From Amphiscolops sp. MND2022 (taxonomy: Eukaryota): 64,000 nucleotides of DNA. Below, piece after piece: positions 11,044 to 25,087 of the stretch. Each line of letters starts with the position of its first letter. The first letter of the stretch is position 1. The notes below the pieces were generated by a model that saw nothing but the letters and a program-made list of their open reading frames with translations, did no database searches and was not told the origin of the DNA. The translations under genes were made by a program, and so were the position numbers. The DNA is taken from positions 12,588,001 to 12,652,000 of the forward strand of contig OZ076409.1 in assembly GCA_964187785.1 (NCBI GenBank), given 5' to 3'.

Positions 11044-13697
11044 TGTGGTAGAGGGCGTTGTACATTAGATAAAATAATGGTGTGAAAATAATTAATTACC
11101 CTATAATCAACAACCTGTCAAAACATGCCAAAGTGGCAAAAGAAAACAATTTGCCATAGATGACAGTTACGCCATAAAATACAGTTTCACACAGTCAGTT
11201 TTTTCTATTCGCATTCTTCGTTCTTCAGTTACTGCAAGACTATAACATGCCACTGCGCGCTGAGGAAGAATTTTCGAATTCACACCAACCAGGATTAAAC
11301 TGGTAGGACTTACTGGCAGGACGCTGAGAAACTGGCAGCAGGAAGTGATTGGGAGCAGTGGATACAACTGCTCGAAGTTGCAACTTTGTCGAGACACTCT
11401 ATTTCGGTCTCACGGTGTCTGAGAGGCTAAGTAATGCTGATCAACAGAATCCATGTGCAATGGCCATGATAGGAAATTTGGAAGAAATCACTGCAAAAAG
11501 GGAAATTGTAAGTCTACTGTACATTTCAATAGGCAAAAACGCAAGTAAAATGCTAATGGATAAGTTCCGAACAATCAACATTCTGTTATTTGAACTTCGG
11601 GAACTGATGCAACACTGCACCGAATGTTTTCGACTGCAACGTAACAGAACCCTGTATTGACATGTGTTCATATCCCGTAACCAAACATCATCGGAAACGC
11701 TAAACCAATTCTGGAACGCACAGAATGGTCTTGCTGCTAAATGCGACTTTGGCTATCAAACGGAAGCTTTAGTTTACGATATGTTCGTGTTCGTGCTAAA
11801 CATGGCAAAAAACAAGTACAAGAAAAACTCTGTACTGAGCCGGAAGAGACGCCGGCCGCAGCGTTAAAATTCGCGTTCATCTTCGAGGACGGATTAAAAC
11901 GCAAAAAACCTAACGGATACATAAACCAGGAACCCAAAGTAAAAAAAGACCCGATTGGTGCAGTCATCAACAGCATTTCGAGGGAGTGCTGGAGATGCAG
12001 TGCTGGGAATTTTACCCTTGATCCGATGCAAGGTACCGGACGCAATGTGTAATTACTGCGGGCGAAAATGTCACTTGAAGCGGGTTTGCAATCAGAGGAA
12101 GAAAGACACTTAGCATATAAAAGTGGCAAATCCAGAGGATTTGGCAAGCGGGAGCGGCTGGTAGATCAGGAGGATTTCGATGACGAAGAAGATGATGACT
12201 ACGTGGTGCTAAACGTCGAAAGAAGCAATAATGAAGCAAAGCTATATTACATGGAAGGGTTCATTGATGGTAACCGATTTAAAACCATGATAGATACGGT
12301 ATCTCCGGTAACATTCTTCGCACTACATGTGATCAAAAGAATCATGAAGATGGAGAAACTGCCAGTGCGAGAGATGATAGAAGCAGAACGCTACGTGAAG
12401 TTCAAGGGAAAATCACTGCAACTACTAGGATATGTCTTTTGCGAGCTGCAGGTGAACGACAGCTATATCAGAATTCTAATTGCCCGAAGCGGATCAAAGT
12501 CGACAATTGAAAGAGCTGACAACTTAGCATTACAAACTGGAACCAGAAAGGGGTGAGTTGGAAGTAAATTCAATCGAAAAGGAAAATGAACTAAGCGCGG
12601 AAACTAGGCAATTAGTCAGCGAATTTGCAGATCTATTCAAAAGACAGGGTAAAGTAAACAATTGCAATGCAAAAATTAACCTGAACCCTGAAGCAAAGGT
12701 AATTCAGCAGAAAGGGAGATGAATCCCCATTCAACCGCGAAAGGCAGTCAACGCGGAAATACACAGTTTGCTAAAAGAAGGTCATATCGAAAAAATTAAC
12801 GGAATAAAAGATGACGTGTTCATCCAGCCGACAGTTATCACGGTTAAAAAAGGACCGAACAGTCATAATTGCTTTGGAAGCAGGCGCACTTTATCAAGCA
12901 ATTGATAAAGATACATACCAAATGCCATACCAAAAACTGGGAACTGCCGATGAAGAGCGAGGAAGATACCAATGAAGAAACCCAGAGCAACAAATACAGC
13001 CTGAACCCTCAACTAGCGGTGGTGAATCAGAACACTTGGGCAACATCATAGAAGACAGAACAAAAGTGCCAATTCAAGGCTCAATCAAATAGGAAAAACC
13101 CCGCAGCCCAGCGAGAGTGACCAAAATTGTTGGGGAAACAATGTAACGATCTCCAAGATCGAACAAGAGTCCCTCACAGAGGAAGCCAGTCTCCCTAGTG
13201 TGAGAGAGAGCCCTAACCCAAACTCGCTGTAATTAGAACTGCCGCTTAAAAACTTTTATATACAAATTTTACTATTTCCATTGGGTGTTACAATCCAATG
13301 AGTATTGAGTTGTTTCAGTTATACCAGCCAGCATGTGTTAATTTGGGAACTAGTTGTTCTTATGATATTCAACTTAGTAATCTGTGTGCTTACTGATCAA
13401 CTTCTTATGGGGCTACCTTATGATTGAACTTGTTTTGTTCTTTTGTAAATTGTTCCCCCTTCACCTCCCAATCCAGAGATTTCACAGAGGGGAGTGTAGT
13501 AGAGCACGTTGTACATTAGATAAAATAATGGTGTGAAAATGATTTTTACGGTATCATCAACAACTTGTCAAAACTTGCCAAAGTGGCAAAAGAAAACAAT
13601 CTGCCATATTTGACAGTTACGCCATAAGATACAGTTTGACAGACGCAGACTTTTCTTCTCGCATTTTTCGTTCTTCAGTTACAGCAAGACTATAACA
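11044..13697 (+). mobile_element. Internally deleted, decayed Ty3/Gypsy element
   Basis: Diverged ~204-bp LTRs 11044-11247 and 13495-13697 (TG...CA); TSD GTTGG/GTTGA; PPT AGAGGGGAG. Gag knuckle remnant CWRC, protease IDTVSPVT (12068-12556), RT start, then a deletion. Related to the intact Gypsy at 32668. Confidence 0.9.
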
Positions 13698-14143
13698 GTT
13701 GAATTTTCGAAAGAAAACTTTATGTAACAAGTGATACCAAGTCCCTGGTTACACTTTTGTGCGTTGAGCGATGCGGCGACTTCGGCCCTTGCCGGCTTGT
13801 TTGAATCTGTCTTCATGTATTTCCATAGCTTTTCGAAGAACCTTATTAGAATCAAGATTGTACACGTGAAGAGGCTCTATAGAGCATCTTTGTTTTTCAA
13901 CCCAAAGCAAAACATTTCGACCTGTCGAACACGTTCCCGTGTTAAATAAAATATTATAAAATATCTCCGTCGCTAGGGTAGCTAGAAAACTAATTATGTA
14001 TAAATTGCAAAACACTTCGACAAGCTTTCGCACAAAAGTTGTTTTCCACTTTTTTCTTATGATTAAAATTACCTCAAATGAGAAAGTATTATGACATTAC
14101 ATTGCCGAAAAATCAGCTGATCTCAATTTTTCTACAGACTGAG

Positions 14144-17100
14144 TGTGTCATTCAAGAAACGCATGAATGACTTCTCAATGAAACAATCGATGTTTTGATG
14201 ATTAACAATTAACGTAGGTTATGTAATTTCACTTTTGAGTCAACGATATGCGAGAAAGTCATCATGGTTAGTGAAACCTTTTACTTAAGTTTGTGGGAAA
14301 TTGAATACTTAGCTAAATTTGCTGGTATTGTAGATTTGAATCAATTCAACTGAAGATTTTACAAACACTGATTTTTTTCTGCGAAAACTACCCCACGAAG
14401 TGTAGTCGCCCCTAACGGCAAATTCAAATCATGACAACTCCTTCTCAAGTCCAAGTGGAACAGAGGGCTAGAAGTTTGTCTTTAAGAAACTTTACCAAAG
14501 CATGTAACAGGTATGAGACTTTTCTATCCGAAGTTGAAAAATCTGCCGAAGAAATCCAGTTGTGTTTTGAAGACATTGTGAATACATGGTGTCTTCTTCA
14601 AGAAAAGCAAAATGAGTATTTGTTTAAATTAGACCAAGAAATGTACGATAATGAAATTTCTTGGATTGACGAGCCTGAAAATCGATTTCATGCACTAAGA
14701 TCAAAAAAGTGCCAACTCGAAATCTTACTGAAAGAAGAGAAAATGAAAAGGGAAAAAGAGGAACTATATCAGAAAACTATAGAGTTCGCGGAATCAGATG
14801 AATTGAAACGTCAAGATGAAATAAAAGAGACAGTTGGAAAAATGAAAGAAAAGTACAAGGTTGAAGTCAATCGTTTACACAACATTTGTCAATCATTTGA
14901 AAACCTTCCAAAAGTTACAGAACGAGTTTTGAAAAACGTCAAATACGACTTCGATAACCAATACAAAGAAGTGAAGATGGTCATTGATTCTCTTTCTGAA
15001 TTAGTAAACCAGGAGACAACTTTCGAAAAAGAAATCAAAGAACTCACAAATATTTCAACGAAGTTTTTTGATATGATGTATGCCGCCTCCAGTTCAGAAC
15101 CTTTTCAGTCAGAAAAAGGCGGCAGTGATGTTTTGCAAGACAGAAAATCGTTTACACACATGGAAAAGCTCAAGTTTCCGAACTTCAGCGGAAATTGCCG
15201 AGACTGGCCTCAATTCAGGAAGGATTTTAAAAAACAAGTTGAAAATGTGATAAAGGATGAAGCTACTGTGTCATACGCTCTGAGAAATGCTTTACCAGAT
15301 AACATAAAAAGTTCAGTGAGGAATATGAGTGATGATTTAAAAGAAATGTGGCGATGTTTAGAAGAACGGTATGGTGATGAAGGTAAAATTGTCGAAATTG
15401 TGTTGAACGACATAAAACACTACAAGCCTGTGCGAGAAAATGAAGAGCGTCGTCTGTTGAATTTTATTGATATTATTGAAAAAGCTGATCTAGAACTGAA
15501 GTATTTGGGACGTGAATCAGAAATTAAAAACAGTACAATCATTTCAATCATTGAAGAAAAGCTACCAGACGAATTGAGAAGAAAATGGTTCGAACGAATT
15601 TATGACAAAGAGAGTACGATTGATAAAAAGGATAAGTTTCCAGGATTCTTGAAGTTTTTACTCGAAAGAAAAATGGTGATTGAATATGAGATCAATTTGA
15701 CGAAACGTAACAGAGATGATTACAAAGGAAATGTGAAAATGACCATTTCTAAAGGTGAAGAGGCTGATTTCCCGAAAGGCAAGTGTCTCCTTCATCCGAG
15801 TGGAACTCATAAAACAGAAGACTGTCGATTGTTTCGGGACAAAAATGCGAAGGAAAGAGCTGATAATGTTAAAGATAAACGTGCTTGTTTCAATTGTCTC
15901 GTCGCTGGGCACACATCCAGAACTTGTCGCACCAGAAAAATTTGCAGCAAAGCTGAATGCGGTAAAATCATCATCTTCTTTTACACGATGATAATTTTAC
16001 GAACAACAGAAATGAAACAAACAGTTTTTCTGCAAAATGTGATGTTTCAAACAACCCAGAAAAAAGTTTATTGCAGATTATGCCTATTGAAGTCAGCTCT
16101 GGGTTGAACAAACAAGAAGTATTAGCCCTATGGGATTCTGGGTCTACAGTTTCTTTAATTCTCAACAATGTAGCCAATAACTTGAAGCTGAAAGGAAAAC
16201 CTGTGTCCATTACCATGGAAACATTGGGCAGAGTTGTCAAAAAACAAACGAATCTCTTTGTTTTGCAAATCAAGGACCGAAAAGCAATCTAGTGCAAATT
16301 GAAGCTTACGGCGTTGACGAAATTTCTAGAGATATGTACAATACAGAATTGCAAAAAAATCTGTTTCCGGAAGATTTTGCTTGCCAAGATAGTCAGAAAG
16401 CTCATATTGGTTTACTCTTAGGTTTGAACGTGGTTCAGTATCATCCTGTACCTGTGAAAAGAAAGAACAACTTTGTCTTGTTTGAGAATGCTTTTGGTAA
16501 ATGTGTTAGTGGTAGTACCTGCCACTCGTCTGAATATACTTTCACCAAGGTTAACTTCGTGCAGACAGCTATCACTATGGAAGATTTTTACAATGTTGAA
16601 AACTTAGGAATTGCTTGTAACCCCAAATGTGGCAACTGCCAATGTGGTAGTTGTCCTCTTGGTTCCTCTGAGTTTTCAATCAAGGAACAAAAAGAGTTAG
16701 AAATTATTGAAAAGGGTTTGACTCTTTCTGATACAGTTTGGACTGCAAAGTACCCTCGAATAAAAAGTTCGAAGCAATTGCCGAATAACTTTCACGTTGC
16801 AAAGAAAATGTTATTTACTACTGAAAGGAGGCTGATGAAGGATCCTATTCATGCGAAAACGTACCAAAGTCAAATTGATGACATGATAGAGCGAGGAGTC
16901 GCGAAGAAGATGTCAAAAGAAGATTTAGATTACGACGGTCCAGTGCATTACATAAGCCATCATGAAGTACTAAAGCACGATTCAGCTTCTACTCCTTGCC
17001 GAATAGTTTTCAACGCTTCTGCAAATTACAAAAATAACGTTTTAAATGAGTATTGGGCTAAAGGACCCGATCTACTGGGCAATCTTTCGGGTATTCTAGT

Positions 17101-20100
17101 CAAATTTAGAGAAAATTTTGTGGGATACATCGGTGATGTGGAAAAATGTATCATACAGTGCGACTAGATTCTAAAGATCAGCAGACACATCGTTTTTTGT
17201 GGAGAGATTTCCGACAAGATGATAAACCAGACCATTATATGATGCAAGTGGTTTCTTTCGGTGACAGACCCGCAGCAACAATTGCACAGCTCGCCTTAAG
17301 GAAAACAGCGGAAATGGCAAATGACGAGTACTCGGGAGAAAAAAGGTTGTTCTAAGTTCAACTTATTTGGATGACATTGTCGACAGCGTCCATGATCATG
17401 ACTTAGCCAAAACACGAACTAAAAGAATTGATGAAATGTTAGCTGAAGGATCTTTTAAAACCAAAAATTGGATCTATTTAGGTCATAAGGAGCCGTCATC
17501 TGACATAGTATGTCTCGCAGCTCATGCAAAAGTTTTGGGATTTTACTGGAGTTTGCAGAAAGATGTTTTTGTTTTCAAGTCGAAAATTGTGATCAAAGCA
17601 AAATCGGGAAAAGAACCCATCAAATCGTACCATGCAGCAGAAGATCTCAAAAAAGATGCTATTGACAATTTAACAAGACGGCAAGCTTTGAGTCAAGTCA
17701 ATTCCATTTACGACCCCTTAGGATTAGCAACACCATTCATTGTGAAAGCTAAAGAACTGATGCGAAAAACATGGAATTCAGAAGAAGCTTCTGATTGGGA
17801 TGATGCCTTATCGAATTAACTTACTACTGAATGGACTTTGTTGTTTCAAGAACTTTTTGAAATGGTCGAAATTGAGTTTGTGCGCTGCATTAGACCGTAT
17901 CACAGTCTTGGTGATCCAATACTTGTAATATTCAGTGATGCCTCCAAAGATGCATATGGGGCAGTTGCCTACGCTGTATGGACTCTCTCAAACGGGACTA
18001 ATGAAGCTAGGTTAATTGTTGCTAAAAGCAGACTAGCCCCGAAGAAGCAATTATCTATTGTACGACTGGAATTGTGTGGTGTTCTAGTTGCTGTCAGAAT
18101 AAAAAAGTTCCTTTTCAAACATTCCAGACTCAATTTTACAGACGTGAAGTTCGTTTGTGATCCTGAAGTTGTTGGGGCAATGATACAAAAGGACTCCTAT
18201 GGTTTCAACACTTTCACTGGAGCGAGACTGGGAGAAATTCAGGAAACTGAAAATCGGAACACTGTCTGTTGGGTCTCAGGTGAAGTCAATGTGGCTGATT
18301 TAATTTCCAGAGGGTTTTCTCCGAAAGAACTCAGATTCGATAGCCACTGGCAAACAGGACCTTCATTTCTCAGAAATCCTGTGTTTGAATGGCCCCTTGA
18401 ACAAAAAATGTATGCGATAGAGCTATTGCCAGAAATTATTCCCTGCAAAAGTTTTTTAGTTAATCAAAAAAATTCAACTCCTTTTGTGGAGTTTGATACG
18501 ACTAGATTTTCCAATGTTAACTCACTTGTTCGAACTGTTGCCCGAGTGTTGTCAGTTTGTTCTTCAAGATCGTTCAGGAAAGTGAAAGATATGCCAAATG
18601 CCGAAAATGTGAAAGAAGCCTGGGAATTTATAGTGAGGTCTGAACAAAACAAGATTATGACAGATTTTGAAGCTGGGAAATTTGATCCATTGGGTGCTTT
18701 TTTGGACCTGTATGGAATTATTCATGTGGGGCGGAGGATTCAACAGACAGTGCCTTTAATTCCAAAGTTGCAATTAGTTGAACTCTTGATCAAAGATGCT
18801 CACGAAATGGGACATGGTGGAGTTTTACACACAGCCAGCAAAGTCAGAACAAAAGTTTGGGTTTTTCATTTGTTGAAACTAGTAAAATATATCCTGAAGA
18901 AATGCACCGGTTGCAAAATTTTCACCAAAACCAGAGCTGTTCAGTTAATGGGAGCACATACTGATGAAAGAATTGAACTTTCATATCCTTTCTCAAGCAT
19001 CTGCGTTGATCTTTTTGAAGTTAAGGATGAAGTTAAGGATTGCTTCAGAAAAACAACTGTATGGAAAGTGTATGCGGCTATTTTTACATGTTTGTTTTCC
19101 AGAGCAGTTTACTTGGACATCGTTTTGAGCTATTCAACAGACGAATTTTTGCAAACATTCCGAAGATTTGTTACTATAAGAGGTTACCCTGAGGTGATTC
19201 ATTCAGATTCTGGCACACAATTGGTTGGTGCAAACAGGCAACTCCAAAGTGTTTATCGAGTTCTCGATCCTGATGTTTTGTCAAAAGAACTGCTTTTCAA
19301 AGGAGTTAGATGGGAGTTTGCTCCAGGCTGTGCACCTTGGCGTCAAGCATGTGCAGAGTCATTAATCGCTTCTGTGAAAAAATGTTTGTTCTTCGCAATT
19401 GGTAGTCAAGTTTTATCCCTCATCGAATTCCAGACAGTGCTGTTTGAGACAGCTAATTTGCTCAATGACCGTCCTATTGGCAGACACCCTACTCAACCCG
19501 AAGATGGTTTTTATTTGTCTCCCAATAGTCTTTTACTTGGTCGAACAATGAATCAATCGGTGCCGTTTATCCATGTCAAAACCGAAAAGATGGCTCGACA
19601 TAAGCTAGTTGAAACTATTATGAATTCGTTCTGGAAGAAATGGCAGCAGTCTTTTTGCCTCAAATGGCCCACTACAAAACCTGGAAAAGAGAACGGAAGA
19701 ACGTTCAAGCCGGTGATGTAGTATTGTTAGAGGACCAAAATGCAATTCGAGGTATTTGGAAGCTTGGCATTGTCAAAAACGTCTTCCCTGGACGTGATAG
19801 TCTTGTGAGAGATGTGGAAGTTGAAGTTGTGAGTAAAGACGGATCCAAGACACTTTTTTCTCAGCCAATACAAAAATTAGTCATTATTGTGCCCAAGGAT
19901 GAACAGTAAGGATGTAACTTTGTTAACCCCGCCCGGAGTGTGTCATTCAAGAACCTCATGAATGACTTTTCAATGAAACAATCGATGTTGTGATGATTAA
20001 CAATTAACGTAGATTATGTAATTTCACTTTTGAGTCAACGAATTGCGAGAAAGTCAGCATGGTTAGTGAAACCTTTTACTTAATTTTGTGGGAAATTGAA

Positions 20101-20217
20101 TACTTTGCTGAATTTGCTGGTATTGTAGATTTGAATCAATTCAGCTGAAGATTTTACAAACACTGATTTTCTTCTACGAAAACTACCCCACGAAGTGTAG
20201 TCGCCCCTAACGGCAAA
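14144..20217 (+). mobile_element. Full-length but decayed BEL/Pao retrotransposon
   Basis: 279-bp LTRs 14144-14422 and 19939-20217 (about 14 mismatches by eye); TSD CTGAG at 14139-14143 and 20218-20222; gag-PR-RT-RH-IN order. Confidence 0.95.
14431..19909 (+). pseudogene. BEL/Pao gag-pol broken by several frameshifts and stops
   Basis: Gag KLKFPNFSG and CFNCLVAGHTSRTC; protease ALWDSGS; CNPKCGNCQCGSC; RT YLDD at ~17364; RNase H FSDAS; integrase HxxGH...CxxC and HSDSGTQ; C-terminal WKLGIV...PIQKLV. Split over seven ORFs. Confidence 0.92.
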
Positions 20218-21942
20218 CTGAGTATTCCTAAACACACAGCTTCGGGTTTTATTCGGAAGGTTATGGAGGTAGGAACGGTTCAGCTCAAATTGATACCCGG
20301 AAGACTACGGAAGGACACCCACATTTGCCGGAAGAATAATAATATGGAGTTCTAGAAAAAAACCTTTTCAACAGCCTCAAATCTTGACAAAACTCTTCCC
20401 ATTATGACAGCACCTTCACAATTGCAAGATTTTGTGTAAAAACAACATGAAGACAAAAAGTAATATATCCTATAAAAATTGCGTGGAAAGAATAGCCTTT
20501 TACTAAACAAATTTAACAAAAAACTAACAAAAACGCTAAACCTGCGGAGTGTCACTTTTTCAGACGAAAAAACGCTTGAATTATAAGCTACTGGTCAAAT
20601 ATCTGTCAGAAGATTGCCAAATTAATACGCCAAAGGTCATGAAATTGCCAGTAAAAAGGTAAAGATCTCTGAGGTATCCGATGGAAAGATTGATATTCCC
20701 CCATCAAACACAAAATCAACACTTACTTGTATATCGTTTTAGACTATCATTTCAAAAGAGAACGTGTTACCTTCTCTAATTTTCCATGAAACTTTTGAAC
20801 AAGACATTGCACCAGTCCATACAGCTCAAAAACGATGACTTTTTTCAAGAGGATGCGTTCACCATCTTGAAAAGTTTGACCCCACACAATCTCCGGAGTT
20901 GAATCTCATTAAAATTTTTTGGAAAATTTTGAAAAAAAATGTTAATTGAAGAAGTCCTGATACTTTGGAACAATTTCGGAACTTCACAAGAGAAGAATTT
21001 TACCGAATTGCCAACTGCTGCCTCAATGAACTTCATGAATCGATTCCGGGACCAATGCAAGGAATTTTGTAAAGTGAAGGACGCCCGAAATGATTTTAGG
21101 GTGTTAATGAACCTTTTTCTAAGTTAGCGCTTTTTGTACGATGCATTTTTGTGGCCTAATAGAATTCTAAACTTCAATTTTAATTTACAAATTTCAGAAC
21201 GCTAATTTTGCGAATTTTAGAGTTGGCATTTTTAGGACGCTTCTGTGTGTTTTTAATGTGAACTTCATCATAATTTGCTCAATATTTGTTTTGTTGTGGA
21301 TTTTTTGGATGGTGATAACCGGAGGAATTCAACTGTCATTTTAAAGTTGGCTGTACAAAACAACCGGCCTTCGCCGCTGAGTTGCATCAGGTATCGAATT
21401 GTCGAAAATTCGTGTGCGAGTTTTTCAGCAAGAATCTTAACTCTCGATTCTATGAAAGCCCTGGTCGAAGTTGCCGCGAAGTTTTACATGCACCTTCAAA
21501 AAATGCCGGCTAATTTTTTATAAAACATGGAAAATTCAGGGACCATGCCTGGAAAAATTTTGTAAAATTAACAGGTAACTTGTAAAATTTTTGTAAAATT
21601 ACCAGGCAACTTGGAAAATGCTGGCAGCATTTCAAGGTGTTTTTAAAAAATTTCCCTGCAACCTACAAAACAATTTTAAAAAAAATCCATGTAGTTTTAC
21701 TCAAAAAACTCGACAAAAAACTCTGAAAACGACCTTTCATTTTGAACTCAATTCTAGATGATTCATTCTTAGAGGGGAAAATCAAACTTTCGGAAGCTTC
21801 TTTTTTTACTGCTTCTGACTGATAGTGAAATAAAATCTCAAGAGTAAAATCTGCGCGTGGAAAACATGTTGAGCGCGTTTTTCCGACAAATTTCGCCATT
21901 CGCAAAAAATGACACTATTTGATTTCTTCAGATCAGAAAATT

Positions 21943-22437
21943 GGTATGCGGAAAACTCGTCGAAAACAACTCGCCGAATGCAACTCGTCGAAAACAACTT
22001 GTCAAAAATAAAGGGCGGAAAACTGGTCGAAAATTAACTTGTCGACTAATAATTGAGTGCAAACTCGTCGAATAATTACAGATTACAAACAAGGATTATT
22101 CAGTGCTAATTATGGATTAATTTTCTTTAATTGATTTTCAGTTTCGCGCATAATATAGTTTTCTAGTTATAAAATTGCTTGAAATATTTCACGTTTATTA
22201 GTTAACAGTGTAATACTTCATAATAAGTTGGAATTTAATAACACAGTATGATCACGAAGTTAGCGCTATATTTGTCTGAGACTATTTCTATTCTTGCGAC
22301 GAGTTTTCCGCCGGAGAATTTTCGGCGAGTTGCTTTTCGACGAGTTTTCCGCCTAGTATTTGCGACCAGTTGTTTTCGGCGAGTTGTTTTCGACGAGTTG
22401 TTTTCGACGAGTTGTTTTCGACGAGTTTTCCTAGATT
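21943..22437. mobile_element. Mutator-like foldback MITE with 15-bp subterminal tandem repeats
   Basis: AACTCGTCGAAAACA-type repeats inverted at the two ends; flanking direct repeat TCAGAAAATT at 21933-21942 and 22438-22447 (9-10 bp TSD). Confidence 0.8.
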
Positions 22438-24844
22438 TCAGAAAATTCAACAGTTTCGAGCGGCGTGTTGTAAAGGTACGAGAACCACCGATTTTTGATT
22501 GCTGTTGGATGCATATAACAACAGATGCAACTTAAAAGTGCCTTGTCTAATTCATTGATTATTTGTAAAATTCATAATTATTGCAGCAAGAGAAGTTACT
22601 AATGCTTTTCAGTGAATCCTGCCACCAAATTTCTGAAAAGTATCTGAATCTACTAAATCTAAGTGTAAACTGGGAACTTTTCCTTTTCTCTCTCCCCACA
22701 CGCATAAAATTATGTGAGAATATTAGAAAAATGGCAAAAATATAGTAGCTGATTGTACGAATTTACACAACTTCATCGAAATATAGTGAAAAGGGAATGT
22801 TTCAGAAATTGTTAAAACATAATTTTAATTCTCTTCAGTAGGTAAAAATTTAGTTTCTAGAACGTGTGGCGGGGAGTAGAAAAAAGACACAATGTGGCCT
22901 ATGCATCGAAATAGAGAAAGCGGCTAAAATTTTATTCCAAGACCGCTTACTCTAATAACTACTCATTTGACAAAGGAATTTCAAGTGACATCAAGATTGA
23001 GAAGTTGGAAAGAAATTTTTGATATTTTTCAAACATTTTATAAGATTGGTATATCTAGTTTGAAAATCCTAATTGTTGCTTCCAATCATTCAATTATCTC
23101 AAAAATTCTTTCCAACATCCGTGTGCAGGGAATCACTTAAAAGTGCCTGATACATTGATCATTTGTAAAATTCATCATTATTGCAGCAAGAGAATAAGTT
23201 ACTAACGCTTTTCAAAGAATCCTGCCACCCAATTTCCCGTTTTAACACAGATCACTGATGAATCGACTACTTATTTGATATTCGTGCTTCTAATTTCAAG
23301 CGCTCTGGTGTTTACGAGATCTGCAAAGCAGTTTACATTCAATCGACATAAAAAAAGTTAAACGATCAGCATTTGTACTCTTAAAATTTCGTTTTTCAAG
23401 CCAAAGTATATCTTGCATGAAAAAAAAAACAAATTCCAAAAATATTTCTCGAAGATTCCCATCTTCTTGTGTTTCAACGATCCTCTGAATGATTTTCTCG
23501 AATTCATGAACGCGTCATTAGAGTCGACTTTTAATGTCGGTTTACTGTTAGTTTTAACGATTCAGTGGCATGGTGATCGAAAAAGCACATCTAAAAAGCA
23601 GGAGTGGGATTCTCTTAATGACGACCATTGGTCAATTGATTAATCCATTTGAGTTGAACATTGATAATTCAAACAGTAGCAACTAAATCATCTAAGAGTA
23701 GCACCTTCGAATTGGGTTACACAAGGTACACCGCACCACAATTAAGTAAGCGAATGAACGATCTTCCGTCTTTGCTGAGGTATAGTCTACGAAAGCATTG
23801 ACATGATGAGTTTCTTTTCAAACTTCTCTTGAGTCCATCAAATCGATTCTGAAACAAATTAAAATGAAAGTGTCAATTGTTTTGAACGAATATGAAGTAT
23901 GAAGTAGTTAGTAAAAAGATTTTGTGTTTTTTTTCAAAACTTTCGAACTTGAAAGTCAACATAATGAAAAATCCTCCATCTAAGCGTTTAAAAGACAATC
24001 ACAACAAGCCAAAACGGAAGGGATAACTTTCGGTTCGTTTTGTGCATTATTGATGAGAGTACAAAATTTGCAAGTCTACCTGGAAAACCCTTAGTCGTTC
24101 AAGACGTACTGTTCTTGATAATCAAGAAACGATGAAATTTAAATCAGCGGAAAAAACTTGAAATCATTCCATTTCACTTAATTATATCGGAATCCCGTTT
24201 TATTACACTAGATAACAAAAGATTAAGGCCACTTTCTAGTCATTTCTCAACGGGGGAATGCAGAGCAATATACAGCATTGTTAGCCCAACTGTTACAAAT
24301 GATAAATTTCAAAGGAAAACTGAAAAACAGTCATGTTTGTTTCAAGATGAAGACCATTTGCTGCTAAATTAAAATTTTGGTTTAAGATTGGATAATTGAG
24401 AACGTTCTCACATGGAAGCTACACATTCAAAATCAGAGCACTCTGATTGTTTCGGGTCCAGGTTTTTGTGATATGATTGTGTTGGAAATAATTCTAGATC
24501 GAATAAAATACTGGCTTAGTTAAAAGTTCAGACACGAAATGCTATAAAATGGCAGATTTTTCGTCCAAGATCTTGGATTTTTAGGCATTATTCTGCCATG
24601 TGACTTGCAAAGTCTTGATATTTTTTGCCTGAATTTGTAAGATCTTGATAGTTTTTGTATGATCTTGCAAAATCTTGGCAGTTTTGATCTGGTCTCGCAA
24701 AGATTGTCCAAGAATCTTGCTAGATACGTATTGTTTTTGCAATTGTTTTGTGACATGTAAGATAACTGCATGTCTTACTGAGTTTTCTTACTGAAATTTC
24801 GGAAAATGGCCGACGTTTCCACTAGCGTGCCAATTCAATTTTCT

Positions 24845-25087
24845 AGTCGGCGCGTTTCCGAAAATAAACCCACAAATAATTTTTCAATACTATCCGAAAT
24901 TTTGACGTAATATCGGCAGTAAAGCACTATACCCGAATGTTTGACGTTATAAGCGAACTTTATTTTGTTTTACTAAGGAGAAAGGGAGGTTCGAAAACCG
25001 GAGTTTCTCATGAAAACGTCCTACGCATAATTTTAAAAAAGCGCTTTTTGAGCCTTAGATATAGCGCCGACTTTAGAAGTTTTGTTT
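24845..25087 (+). mobile_element. Helentron/HINE-like non-autonomous element
   Basis: AGTCGGCGC at 24845, inverted GCGCCGACT at 25064, ends TTGTTT; family repeated across the window. Confidence 0.6.

Noticed and set aside
13700..21130. Possible decayed transposase-like coding sequence on both sides of the BEL insertion
   Set aside because: No recognisable motif; cannot be assigned by eye.
23700..23850. Exon-like segment with a minus-strand acceptor
   Set aside because: No convincing frame, homology or partner exons.
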